A program made the translations under genes and the position numbers. A DNA stretch of 64,000 nucleotides, taken from the NCBI GenBank assembly GCA_964057225.1, contig OZ059897.1, positions 17,856,001-17,920,000 of the forward strand, read 5' to 3'. Shown here piece after piece: positions 38,801 to 51,600 of this stretch (positions within the stretch are counted from its first letter, which is position 1; each line of letters opens with the position of its first letter). Under the pieces are notes generated by a model. It was not told the origin of the DNA, searched no databases, and saw nothing but the letters and a program-made list of their open reading frames with translations. This DNA comes from Auanema rhodensis (lineage: Eukaryota > Animalia > Nematoda).

Positions 38801-41800
38801 CAACATTGCTTCCAAAAACATTTTGACAAAAATTTTTTCGAAAAATTTCAAGATAATTTAGCAAAAAGTAGATGTTTTTAGATTTCATTTTCCAAGGCGA
38901 AGACGATGGACAATGTTATTCAACGAAAAAATTAATTCTTCAGGGTGAAAATCGAGGATATAAGTGTGAACATATATCAGTTGATATCTCGGTGCATTTT
39001 TAAGCTAGCGCAAATCTGATAACACAGATCGACGCAGCTTAAAAATCCGCATCGAATGCACTATACTACATCGAGCAACGCTTAATACAAAAATTAGTTA
39101 TAATCGTTTGAAAAATGATGCATTAGTGTATGTTGAGTTTCCATGTACACTCAACATTGCTTCCAAAAACATTTTGACAAAAATTTTTTCGAAAAATTTC
39201 AAAATAATTTAGCAAAAAGTAGATGTTTTTAGATTCCATTTTTCAAGGCAAAGACGATGGACAATGTTATTCAACGAAAAAAGTAATTCTTCAGGGTGAA
39301 AATCGAGGATATAAGTGTGAACTTATATCAGTTGATATCTCTGTGCATTTTTAAGCTAGCGCAAATCTGATAACACAGATCGACGCAGCTTAAAAATCCG
39401 CATCGAATGCACTATACTACATTGAGAAACGCTTAATACAAAAATTAGTTATAATCGTTTGAAAAATGATGCATTAGTGTATGTTGAGTTTCCATGTACA
39501 CTCAACATTGCTTCCAAAAACATTTTGACAAAAATTTTTTCGAAAAATTTCAAACTAATTTAGCAAAAAGTAGATGTTTTTAGATTTCATTTTCCAAGGC
39601 GAAGACGATGGACAATGTTATTCAACGAAAAAATTAATTCTTCAGGGTGAAAATCGAGGATATAAGTGTGAACTTATATCAGTTGATATCTTGGTGCATT
39701 TTTAAGCTAGCGCAAATCTGATAACACAGATCGACGCAGCTTAAAAATCCGCATCGAATGCACTATACTACATTGAGAAACGCTTAATACAAAAATTAGT
39801 TATAATCGTTTGAAAAATGATGCATTAGTGTATGTTGAGTTTCCATGTACACTCAACATTGCTTCCAAAAACATTTTGACAAAAATTTTTTCGAAAAATT
39901 TCAAAATAATTTAGCAAAAAGTAGATGTTTTTAGATTCCATTTTTCAAGGCAAAGACGATGGACAATGTTATTCAACGAAAAAATTAATTCTTCAGGGTG
40001 AAAATCGAGGATATAAGTGTGAACTTATGTCAGTTGATATCTCGGTGCATTGTTAAGCTAGCGCAAATCTGATAACACAGATCGACGCAGCTTAAAAATC
40101 CGCATCGAATGCACTATACTACATTGAGAAACGCTTAATACAAAAATTAGTTATAATCGTTTGAAAAATGATGCATTAGTGTATGTTGAGTTTCCATGTA
40201 CACTCAACATTGCTTCCAAAAACATTTTGACAAAAATTTTTTCGAAAAATTTCAAAATAATTTAGCAAAAAGTAGATGTTTTTAGATTCCATTTTTTAAG
40301 GCAAAGACGATGGACAATGTTATTCAACGAAAAAATTAATTCTTCAGGGTGAAAATCGAGGATATAAGTGTGAACTTATATCAGTTGATATCTTGGTGCA
40401 TTTTTAAGCTAGCGCAAATCTGATAACACAGATCGACGCAGCTTAAAAATCCGCATCGAATGCACTATACTACATTGAGAAACGCTTAATACAAAAATTA
40501 GTTATGATCGTTTGAAAAATGATGCATTAGTGTATGTTGAGTTTCCATGTACACTCAACATTGCTTCCAAAAACATTTTGACAAAAATTTTTTCGAAAAA
40601 TTTCAAAATAATTTAGCAAAAAGTAGATGTTTTTAGATTCCATTTTTCAAGGCAAAGACGATGGACAATGTTATTCAACGAAAAAAGTAATTCTTCAGGG
40701 TGAAAATCGAGGATATAAGTGTGAACTTATATCAGTTGATATCTCGGTGCATTTTTAAGCTAGCGCAAATCTGATAACACAGATCGACGCAGCTTAAAAA
40801 TCCGCATCGAATGCACTATACTACATTGAGAAACGCTTAATACAAAAATTAGTTATAATCGTTTGAAAAATGATGCATTAGTGTATGTTGAGTTTCCATG
40901 TACACTCAACATTGCTTCCAAAAACATTTTGACAAAAATTTTTTCGAAAAATTTCAAAATAATTTAGCAAAAAGTAGATGTTTTTAGATTTCATTTTCCA
41001 AGGCGAAGACGATGGACAATGTTATTCACCGAAAAAATTAATTCTTCAGGGTGAAAATCGAGGATATAAGTGTGAACTTATATCAGTTGATATCTCGGTG
41101 CATTTTTAAGCTAGCGCAAATCTGATAACACAGATCGACGCAGCTTAAAAATCCGCATCGAATGCACTATACTACATCGAGCAACGCTTAATACAAAAAT
41201 TAGTTATAATCGTTTGAAAAATGATGCATTAGTGTATGTTGAGTTTCCATGTACACTCAACATTGCTTCCAAAAACATTTTGACAAAAATTTTTTCGAAA
41301 AATTTCAAAATAATTTAGCAAAAAGTAGATGTTTTTAGATTCCATTTTTCAAGGCAAAGACGATGGACAATGTTATTCAACAAAAAAATCAATTCTTCAG
41401 GGTGAAAATCGAGGATATAAGTGTGAACTTGTATCAGTTGATATCTCGGTGCATTTTTAAGCTAGCGCAAATCTGATAACACAGATCGACGCAGCTTAAA
41501 AATCCGCATCGAATGCACTATACTACATTGAGAAACGCTTAATACAAAAATTAGTTATAATCGTTTGAAAAATGATGCATTAGTGTATGTTGAGTTTCCA
41601 TGTACACTCAACATTGCTTCCAAAAACATTTTGACAAAAATTTTTTCGAAAAATTTCAAAATAATTTAGCAAAAAGTAGATGTTTTTAGATTCCATTTTT
41701 CAAGGCAAAGACGATGGACAATGTTATTCAACGAAAAAATTAATTCTTCAGGGTGAAAATCGAGGATATAAGTGTGAACTTATGTCAGTTGATATCTCGG

Positions 41801-44800
41801 TGCATTGTTAAGCTAGCGCAAATCTGATAACACAGATCGACGCAGCTTAAAAATCCTCATCGAATGCACTATACTACATTGAGAAACGCTTAATACAAAA
41901 ATTAGTTATGATCGTTTGAAAAATGATGCATTAGTGTATGTTGAGTTTCCATGTACACTCAACATTGCTTCCAAAAACATTTTGACAAAAATTTTTTCGA
42001 AAAATTTCAAAATAATTTAGCAAAAAGTAGATGTTTTTAGATTCCATTTTTCAAGGCAAAGACGATGGACAATGTTATTCAACGAAAAAAGTAATTCTTC
42101 AGGGTGAAAATCGAGGATATAAGTGTGAACTTATATCAGTTGATATCTCGGTGCATTTTTAAGCTAGCGCAAATCTGATAACACAGATCGACGCAGCTTA
42201 AAAATCCGCATCGAATGCACTATACTACATTGAGAAACGCTTAATACAAAAATTAGTTATAATCGTTTGAAAAATGATGCATTAGTGTATGTTGAGTTTC
42301 CATGTACACTCAACATTGCTTCCAAAAACATTTTGACAAAAATTTTTTCGAAAAATTTCAAAATAATTTAGCAAAAAGTAGATGTTTTTAGATTTCATTT
42401 TCCAAGGCGAAGACGATGGACAATGTTATTCACCGAAAAAATTAATTCTTCAGGGTGAAAATCGAGGATATAAGTGTGAACTTATATCAGTTGATATCTC
42501 GGTGCATTTTTAAGCTAGCGCAAATCTGATAACACAGATCGACGCAGCTTAAAAATCCGCATCGAATGCACTATACTACATCGAGAAACGCTTAATACAA
42601 AAATTAGTTATAATCGTTTGAAAAATGATGCATTAGTGTATGTTGAGTTTCCATGTACACTCAACATTGCTTCCAAAAACATTTTGACAAAAATTTTTTC
42701 GAAAAATTTCAAAATAATTTAGCAAAAAGTAGATGTTTTTAGATTTCATTTTTCAAGGCAAAGACGATGGACAATGTTATTCAACGAAAAAATTAATTCT
42801 TCAGGGTGAAAATCGAGGATATAAGTGTGAACTTATATCAGTTGATATCTCGGTGCATTTTTAAGCTAGCGCAAATCTGATAACACAGATCGACGCAGCT
42901 TAAAAATCCGCATCGAATGCACTATACTACATTGAGAAACGCTTAATACAAAAATTAGTTATAATCGTTTGAAAAATGATGCATTAGTGTATGTTGAGTT
43001 TCCATGTACACTCAACATTGCTTCCAAAAACATTTTGACAAAAATTTTTTCGAAAAATTTCAAAATAATTTAGCAAAAAGTAGATGTTTTTAGATTTCAT
43101 TTTCCAAGGCGAAGACGATGGACAATGTTATTCAACGAAAAAATTAATTCTTCAGGGTGAAAATCGAGGATATAAGTGTGAACTTATATCAGTTGATATC
43201 TCGGTGCATTTTTAAGCTAGCGCAAATCTGATAACACAGATCGACGCAGCTTAAAAATCCGCATCGAATGCACTATACTACATTGAGAAACGCTTAATAC
43301 AAAAATTAGTTATAATCGTTTGAAAAATGATGCATTAGTGTATGTTGAGTTTCCATGTACACTCAACATTGCTTCCAAAAACATTTTGACAAAAATTTTT
43401 TCGAAAAATTTCAAACTAATTTAGCAAAAAGTAGATGTTTTTAGATTTCATTTTCCAAGGCGAAGACGATGGACAATGTTATTCAACGAAAAAATTAATT
43501 CTTCAGGGTGAAAATCGAGGATATAAGTGTGAACTTATATCAGTTGATATCTCGGTGCATTTTTAAGCTAGCGCAAATCTGATAACACAGATCGACGCAG
43601 CTTAAAAATCCGCATCGAATGCACTATACTACATCGAGAAACGCTTAATACAAAAATTAGTTATAATCGTTTGAAAAATGATGCATTAGTGTATGTTGAG
43701 TTTCCATGTACACTCAACATTGCTTCCAAAAACATTTTGACAAAAATTTTTTCGAAAAATTTCAAAATAATTTAGCAAAAAGTAGATGTTTTTAGATTCC
43801 ATTTTTCAAGGCAAAGACGATGGACAATGTTATTCAACGAAAAAATTAATTCTTCAGGGTGAAAATCGAGGATATAAGTGTGAACTTATATCAGTTGATA
43901 TCTTGGTGCATTTTTAAGCGAGCGCAAATCTGATAACACAGATCGACGCAGCTTAAAAATCCGCATCGAATGCACTATACTACATTGAGAAACGCTTAAT
44001 ACAAAAATTAGTTATGATCGTTTGAAAAATGATGCATTAGTGTATGTTGAGTTTCCATGTACACTCAACATTGCTTCCAAAAACATTTTGACAAAAATTT
44101 TTTCGAAAAATTTCAAAATAATTTAGCAAAAAGTAGATGTTTTTAGATTCCATTTTTCAAGGCAAAGACGATGGACAATGTTATTCAACGAAAAAATTAA
44201 TTCTTCAGGGTGAAAATCGAGGATATAAGTGTGAACTTATATCAGTTGATATCTCGGTGCATTTTTAAGCTAGCGCAAATCTGATAACACAGATCGACGC
44301 AGCTTAAAAATCCGCATCGAATGCACTATACTACATCGAGAAACGCTTAATACAAAAATTAGTTATAATCGTTTGAAAAATGATGCATTAGTGTATGTTG
44401 AGTTTCCATGTACACTCAACATTGCTTCCAAAAACATTTTGACAAAAATTTTTTCGAAAAATTTCAAAATAATTTAGCAAAAAGTAGATGTTTTTAGATT
44501 CCATTTTTCAAGGCAAAGACGATGGACAATGTTATTCAACGAAAAAATTAATTCTTCAGGGTGAAAATCGAGGATATAAGTGTGAACTTATATCAGTTGA
44601 TATCTTGGTGCATTTTTAAGCGAGCGCAAATCTGATAACACAGATCGACGCAGCTTAAAAATCCGCATCGAATGCACTATACTACATTGAGAAACGCTTA
44701 ATACAAAAATTAGTTATGATCGTTTGAAAAATGATGCATTAGTGTATGTTGAGTTTCCATGTACACTCAACATTGCTTCCAAAAACATTTTGACAAAAAT

Positions 44801-47800
44801 TTTTTCGAAAAATTTCAAAATAATTTAGCAAAAAGTAGATGTTTTTAGATTCCATTTTTCAAGGCAAAGACGATGGACAATGTTATTCAACGAAAAAAGT
44901 AATTCTTCGGGGTGAAAATCGAGGATATAAGTGTGAACTTATATCAGTTGATATCTCTGTGCATTTTTAAGCTAGCGCAAATCTGATAACACAGATCGAC
45001 GCAGCTTAAAAATCCGCATCGAATGCACTATACTACATTGAGAAACGCTTAATACAAAAATTAGTTATAATCGTTTGAAAAATGATGCATTAGTGTATGT
45101 TGAGTTTCCATGTACACTCAACATTGCTTCCAAAAACATTTTGACAAAAATTTTTTCGAAAAATTTCAAACTAATTTAGCAAAAAGTAGATGTTTTTAGA
45201 TTTCATTTTCCAAGGCGAAGACGATGGACAATGTTATTCAACGAAAAAATTAATTCTTCAGGGTGAAAATCGAGGATATAAGTGTGAACTTATATCAGTT
45301 GATATCTCGGTGCATTTTTAAGCTAGCGCAAATCTGATAACACAGATCGACGCAGCTTAAAAATCCGCATCGAATGCACTATACTACATTGAGAAACGCT
45401 TAATACAAAAATTAGTTATAATCGTTTGAAAAATGATGCATTAGTGTATGTTGAGTTTCCATGTACACTCAACATTGCTTCCAAAAACATTTTGACAAAA
45501 ATTTTTTCGAAAAATTTCAAAATAATTTAGCAAAAAGTAGATGTTTTTAGATTTCATTTTCCAAGGCGAAGACGATGGACAATGTTATTCAACGAAAAAA
45601 TTAATTCTTCAGGGTGAAAATCGAGGATATAAGTGTGAACTTATATCAGTTGATATCTCGGTGCATTTTTAAGCTAGCGCAAATCTGATAACACAGATCG
45701 ACGCAGCTTAAAAATCCGCATCGAATGCACTATACTACATCGAGAAACGCTTAATACAAAAATTAGTTATAATCGTTTGAAAAATGATGCATTAGTGTAT
45801 GTTGAGTTTCCATGTACACTCAACATTGCTTCCAAAAACATTTTGACAAAAATTTTTTCGAAAAATTTCAAAATAATTTAGCAAAAAGTAGATGTTTTTA
45901 GATTCCATTTTTCAAGGCAAAGACGATGGACAATGTTATTCAACGAAAAAATTAATTCTTCAGGGTGAAAATCGAGGATATAAGTGTGAACTTATATCAG
46001 TTGATTACTCGGTGCATTTTTAAGCTAGCGCAAATCTGATAACACAGATCGACGCAGCTTAAAAATCCGCATCGAATGCACTATACTACATTGAGAAACG
46101 CTTAATACAAAAATTAGTTATGATCGTTTGAAAAATGATGCATTAGTGTATGTTGAGTTTCCATGTACACTCAACATTGCTTCCAAAAACATTTTGACAA
46201 AAATTTTTTCGAAAAATTTCAAAATAATTTAGCAAAAAGTAGATGTTTTTAGATTCCATTTTTCAAGGCAAAGACGATGGACAATGTTATTCAACGAAAA
46301 AAGTAATTCTTCAGGGTGAAAATCGAGGATATAAGTGTGAACTTATATCAGTTGATATCTCGGTGCATTTTTAAGCTAGCGCAAATCTGATAACACAGAT
46401 CGACGCAGCTTAAAAATCCACATCGAATGCACTATACTACATTGAGAAACGCTTAATACAAAAATTAGTTATAATCGTTTGAAAAATGATGCATTAGTGT
46501 ATGTTGAGTTTCCATGTACACTCAACATTGCTTCCAAAAACATTTTGACAAAAATTTTTTCGAAAAATTTCAAAATAATTTAGCAAAAAGTAGATGTTTT
46601 TAGATTCCATTTTCCAAGGCGAAGACGATGGACAATGTTATTCAACGAAAAAATTAATTCTTCAGGGTGAAAATCGAGGATATAAGTGTGAACTTATATC
46701 AGTTGATATCTCGGTGCATTTTTAAGCTAGCGCAAATCTGATAACACAGATCGACGCAGCTTAAAAATCCGCATCGAATGCACTATACTACATTGAGAAA
46801 CGCTTAATACAAAAATTAGTTATAATCGTTTGAAAAATGATGCATTAGTGTATGTTGAGTTTCCATGTACACTCAACATTGCTTCCAAAAACATTTTGAC
46901 AAAAATTTTTTCGAAAAATTTCAAAATAATTTAGCAAAAAGTAGATGTTTTTAGATTCCATTTTTTAAGGCAAAGACGATGGACAATGTTATTCAACGAA
47001 AAAAGTAATTCTTCAGGGTGAAAATCGAGGATATAAGTGTGAACTTATATCAGTTGATATCTCGGTGCATTTTTAAGCTAGCGCAAATCTGATCACACAG
47101 ATCGACGCAGCTTAAAAATCCGCATCGAATGCACTATACTACATTGAGAAACGCTTAATACAAAAATTAGTTATAATCGTTTGAAAAATGATGCATTAGT
47201 GTATGTTGAGTTTCCATGTACACTCAACATTGCTTCCAAAAACATTTTGACAAAAATTTTTTCGAAAAATTTCAAAATAATTTAGCAAAAAGTAGATGTT
47301 TTTAGATTCCATTTTTTAAGGCAAAGACGATGGACAATGTTATTCAACGAAAAAAGTAATTCTTCAGGGTGAAAATCGAGGATATAAGTGTGAACTTATA
47401 TCAGTTGATATCTCGGTGCATTTTAAAGCTAGCGCAAATCTGATAACACAGATCGACGCAGCTTAAAAATCCGCATCGAATGCACTATACTACATTGAGA
47501 AACGCTTAATACAAAAATTAGTTATGATCGTTTGAAAAATGATGCATTAGTGTATGTTGAGTTTCCATGTACACTCAACATTGCTTCCAAAAACATTTTG
47601 ACAAAAATTTTTTCGAAAAATTTCAAAATAATTTAGCAAAAAGTAGATGTTTTTAGATTCCATTTTTTAAGGCAAAGACGATGGACAATGTTATTCAACG
47701 AAAAAAGTAATTCTTCAGGGTGAAAATCGAGGATATAAGTGTGAACTTATATCAGTTGATATCTCGGTGCATTTTTAAGCTAGCGCAAATCTGATAACAC

Positions 47801-50800
47801 AGATCGACGCAGCTTAAAAATCCGCATCGAATGCACTATATTACATTGAGAAACGCTTAATACAAAAATTAGTTATAATCGTTTGAAAAATGATGCATTA
47901 GTGTATGTTGAGTTTCCATGTACACTCAACATTGCTTCCAAAAACATTTTGACAAAAATTTTTTCGAAAAATTTCAAAATAATTTAGCAAAAAGTAGATG
48001 TTTTTAGATTCCATTTTTTAAGGCAAAGACGATGGACAATGTTATTCAACGAAAAAAGTAATTCTTCAGGGTGAAAATCGAGGATATAAGTGTGAACTTA
48101 TATCAGTTGATATCTCGGTGCATTTTAAAGCTAGCGCAAATCTGATAACACAGATCGACGCAGCTTAAAAATCCGCATCGAATGCACTATACTACATTGA
48201 GAAACGCTTAATACAAAAATTAGTTATGATCGTTTGAAAAATGATGCATTAGTGTATGTTGAGTTTCCATGTACACTCAACATTGCTTCCAAAAACATTT
48301 TGACAAAAATTTTTTCGAAAAATTTCAAAATAATTTAGCAAAAAGTAGATGTTTTTAGATTCCATTTTTTAAGGCAAAGACGATGGACAATGTTATTCAA
48401 CGAAAAAAGTAATTCTTCAGGGTGAAAATCGAGGATATAAGTGTGAACTTATATCAGTTGATATCTCGGTGCATTTTTAAGCTAGCGCAAATCTGATAAC
48501 ACAGATCGACGCAGCTTAAAAATCCGCATCGAATGCACTATATTACATTGAGAAACGCTTAATACAAAAATTAGTTATAATCGTTTGAAAAATGATGCAT
48601 TAGTGTATGTTGAGTTTCCATGTACACTCAACATTGCTTCCAAAAACATTTTGACAAAAATTTTTTCGAAAAATTTCAAAATAATTTAGCAAAAAGTAGA
48701 TGTTTTTAGATTCCATTTTTTAAGGCAAAGACGATGGACAATGTTATTCAACGAAAAAAGTAATTCTTCAGGGTGAAAATCGAGGATATAAGTGTGAACT
48801 TATATCAGTTGATATCTCGGTGCATTTTTAAGCTAGCGCAAATCTGATAACACAGATCGACGCAGCTTAAAAATCCGCATCGAATGCACTATACTACATT
48901 GAGAAACGCTTAATACAAAAATTAGTTATAATCGTTTGAAAAATGATGCATTAGTGTATGTTGAGTTTCCATGTACACTCAACATTGCTTCCAAAAACAT
49001 TTTGACAAAAATTTTTTCGAAAAATTTCAAAATAATTTAGCAAAAAGTAGATGTTTTTAGATTCCATTTTTTAAGGCAAAGACGATGGACAATGTTATTC
49101 AACGAAAAAAGTAATTCTTCAGGGTGAAAATCGAGGATATAAGTGTGAACTTATATCAGTTGATATCTCGGTGCATTTTTAAGCTAGCGCAAATCTGATA
49201 ACACAGATCGACGCAGCTTAAAAATCCACATCGAATGCACTATACTACATTGAGAAACGCTTAATACAAAAATTAGTTATAATCGTTTGAAAAATGATGC
49301 ATTAGTGTATGTTGAGTTTCCATGTACACTCAACATTGCTTCCAAAAACATTTTGACAAAAATTTTTTCGAAAAATTTCAAAATAATTTAGCAAAAAGTA
49401 GATGTTTTTAGATTCCATTTTCCAAGGCGAAGACGATGGACAATGTTATTCAACGAAAAAATTAATTCTTCAGGGTGAAAATCGAGGATATAAGTGTGAA
49501 CTTATATCAGTTGATATCTCGGTGCATTTTTAAGCTAGCGCAAATCTGATAACACAGATCGACGCAGCTTAAAAATCCGCATCGAATGCACTATACTACA
49601 TCGAGAAACGCTTAATACAAAAATTAGTTATAATCGTTTGAAAAATGATGCATTAGTGTATGTTGAGTTTCCATGTACACTCAACATTGCTTCCAAAAAC
49701 ATTTTGACAAAAATTTTTTCGAAAAATTTCAAAATAATTTAGCAAAAAGTAGATGTTTTTAGATTCCATTTTTCAAGGCAGAGACGATGGACAATGTTAT
49801 TCAACGAAAAAATTAATTCTTCAGGGTGAAAATCGAGGATATAAGTGTGAACTTATATCAGTTGATATCTCGGTGCATTTTTAAGCTAGCGCAAATCTGA
49901 TCACACAGATCGACGCAGCTTAAAAATCCGCATCGAATGCACTACACTACATCGAGAAACGCTTAATACAAAAATTAGTTATAATCGTTTGAAAAATGAT
50001 GCATTAGTGTATGTTGAGTTTCCATGTACACTCAACATTGCTTCCAAAAACATTTTGACAAAAATTTTTTCGAAAAATTTCAAAATAATTTAGCAAAAAG
50101 TAGATGTTTTTAGATTCCAATTTTTAAGGCAAAGACGATGGACAATGTTATTCAACGAAAAAATTAATTCTTCAGGGTGAAAATCGAGGATATAAGTGTG
50201 AACTTATATCAGTTGATATCTCGGTGCATTTTTAAGCTAGCGCAAATCTGATAACACAGATCGACGCAGCTTAAAAATCCGCATCGAATGCACTATACTA
50301 CATTGAGAAACGCTTAATACAAAAATTAGTTATAATCGTTTGAAAAATGATGCATTAGTGTATGTTGAGTTTCCATGTACACTCAACATTGCTTCCAAAA
50401 ACATTTTGACAAAAATTTTTTCGAAAAATTTCAAAATAATTTAGCAAAAAGTAGATGTTTTTAGATTCCATTTTTTAAGGCAAAGGCGATGGACAATGTT
50501 ATTCAACGAAAAAATTAATTCTTCAGGGTGAAAATCGAGGATATAAGTGTGAACTTATATCAGTTGATATCTTGGTGCATTTTTAAGCTAGCGCAAATCT
50601 GATAACACAGATCGACGCAGCTTAAAAATCCGCATCGAATGCACTATACTACATTGAGAAACGCTTAATACAAAAATTAGTTTTAATCGTTTGAAAAATG
50701 ATGCATTAGTGTATGTTGAGTTTCCATGTACACTCAACATTGCTTCCAAAAACATTTTGACAAAAATTTTTTCGAAAAATTTCAAAATAATTTAGCAAAA

Positions 50801-51600
50801 AGTAGATGTTTTTAGATTCCATTTTCCAAGGCGAAGACGATGGACAATGTTATTCAACGAAAAAAGTAATTCTTCAGGGTGAAAATCGAGGATATAAGTG
50901 TGAACTTATATCAGTTGATATCTCGGTGCATTTTTAAGCTAGCGCAAATCTGATAACACAGATCGACGCAGCTTAAAAATCCGCATCGAATGCACTATAC
51001 TACATCGAGAAACGCTTAATACAAAAATTAGTTATAATCGTTTGAAAAATGATGCATTAGTGTATGTTGAGTTTCCATGTACACTCAACATTGCTTCCAA
51101 AAACATTTTGACAAAAATTTTTTCGAAAAATTTCAAAATAATTTAGCAAAAAGTAGATGTTTTTAGATTCCATTTTTCAAGGCAAAGACGATGGACAATG
51201 TTATTCAACGAAAAAATTAATTCTTCAGGGTGAAAATCGAGGATATAAGTGTGAACTTATGTCAGTTGATATCTCGGTGCATTGTTAAGCTAGCGCAAAT
51301 CTGATAACACAGATCGACGCAGCTTAAAAATCCGCATCGAATGCACTATACTACATTGAGAAACGCTTAATACAAAAATTAGTTATAATCGTTTGAAAAA
51401 TGATGCATTAGTGTATGTTGAGTTTCCATGTACACTCAACATTGCTTCCAAAAACATTTTGACAAAAATTTTTTCGAAAAATTTCAAAATAATTTAGCAA
51501 AAAGTAGATGTTTTTAGATTCCATTTTTTAAGGCAAAGACGATGGACAATGTTATTCAACGAAAAAATTAATTCTTCAGGGTGAAAATCGAGGATATAAG

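Noticed and set aside
46006-46007. Dinucleotide changes (AT>TA here; GA>AC near 2395)
   Set aside because: Single occurrences that cannot be distinguished from sequencing error or ordinary multinucleotide mutation.
50588-50785. 65-aa minus-strand ORF from the supplied track
   Set aside because: It exists only because a private A>T at 50683 (p136) changes the minus-strand TAA present in the other monomers to AAA. It starts at TTG, has no recognisable motif and lies wholly within satellite sequence.
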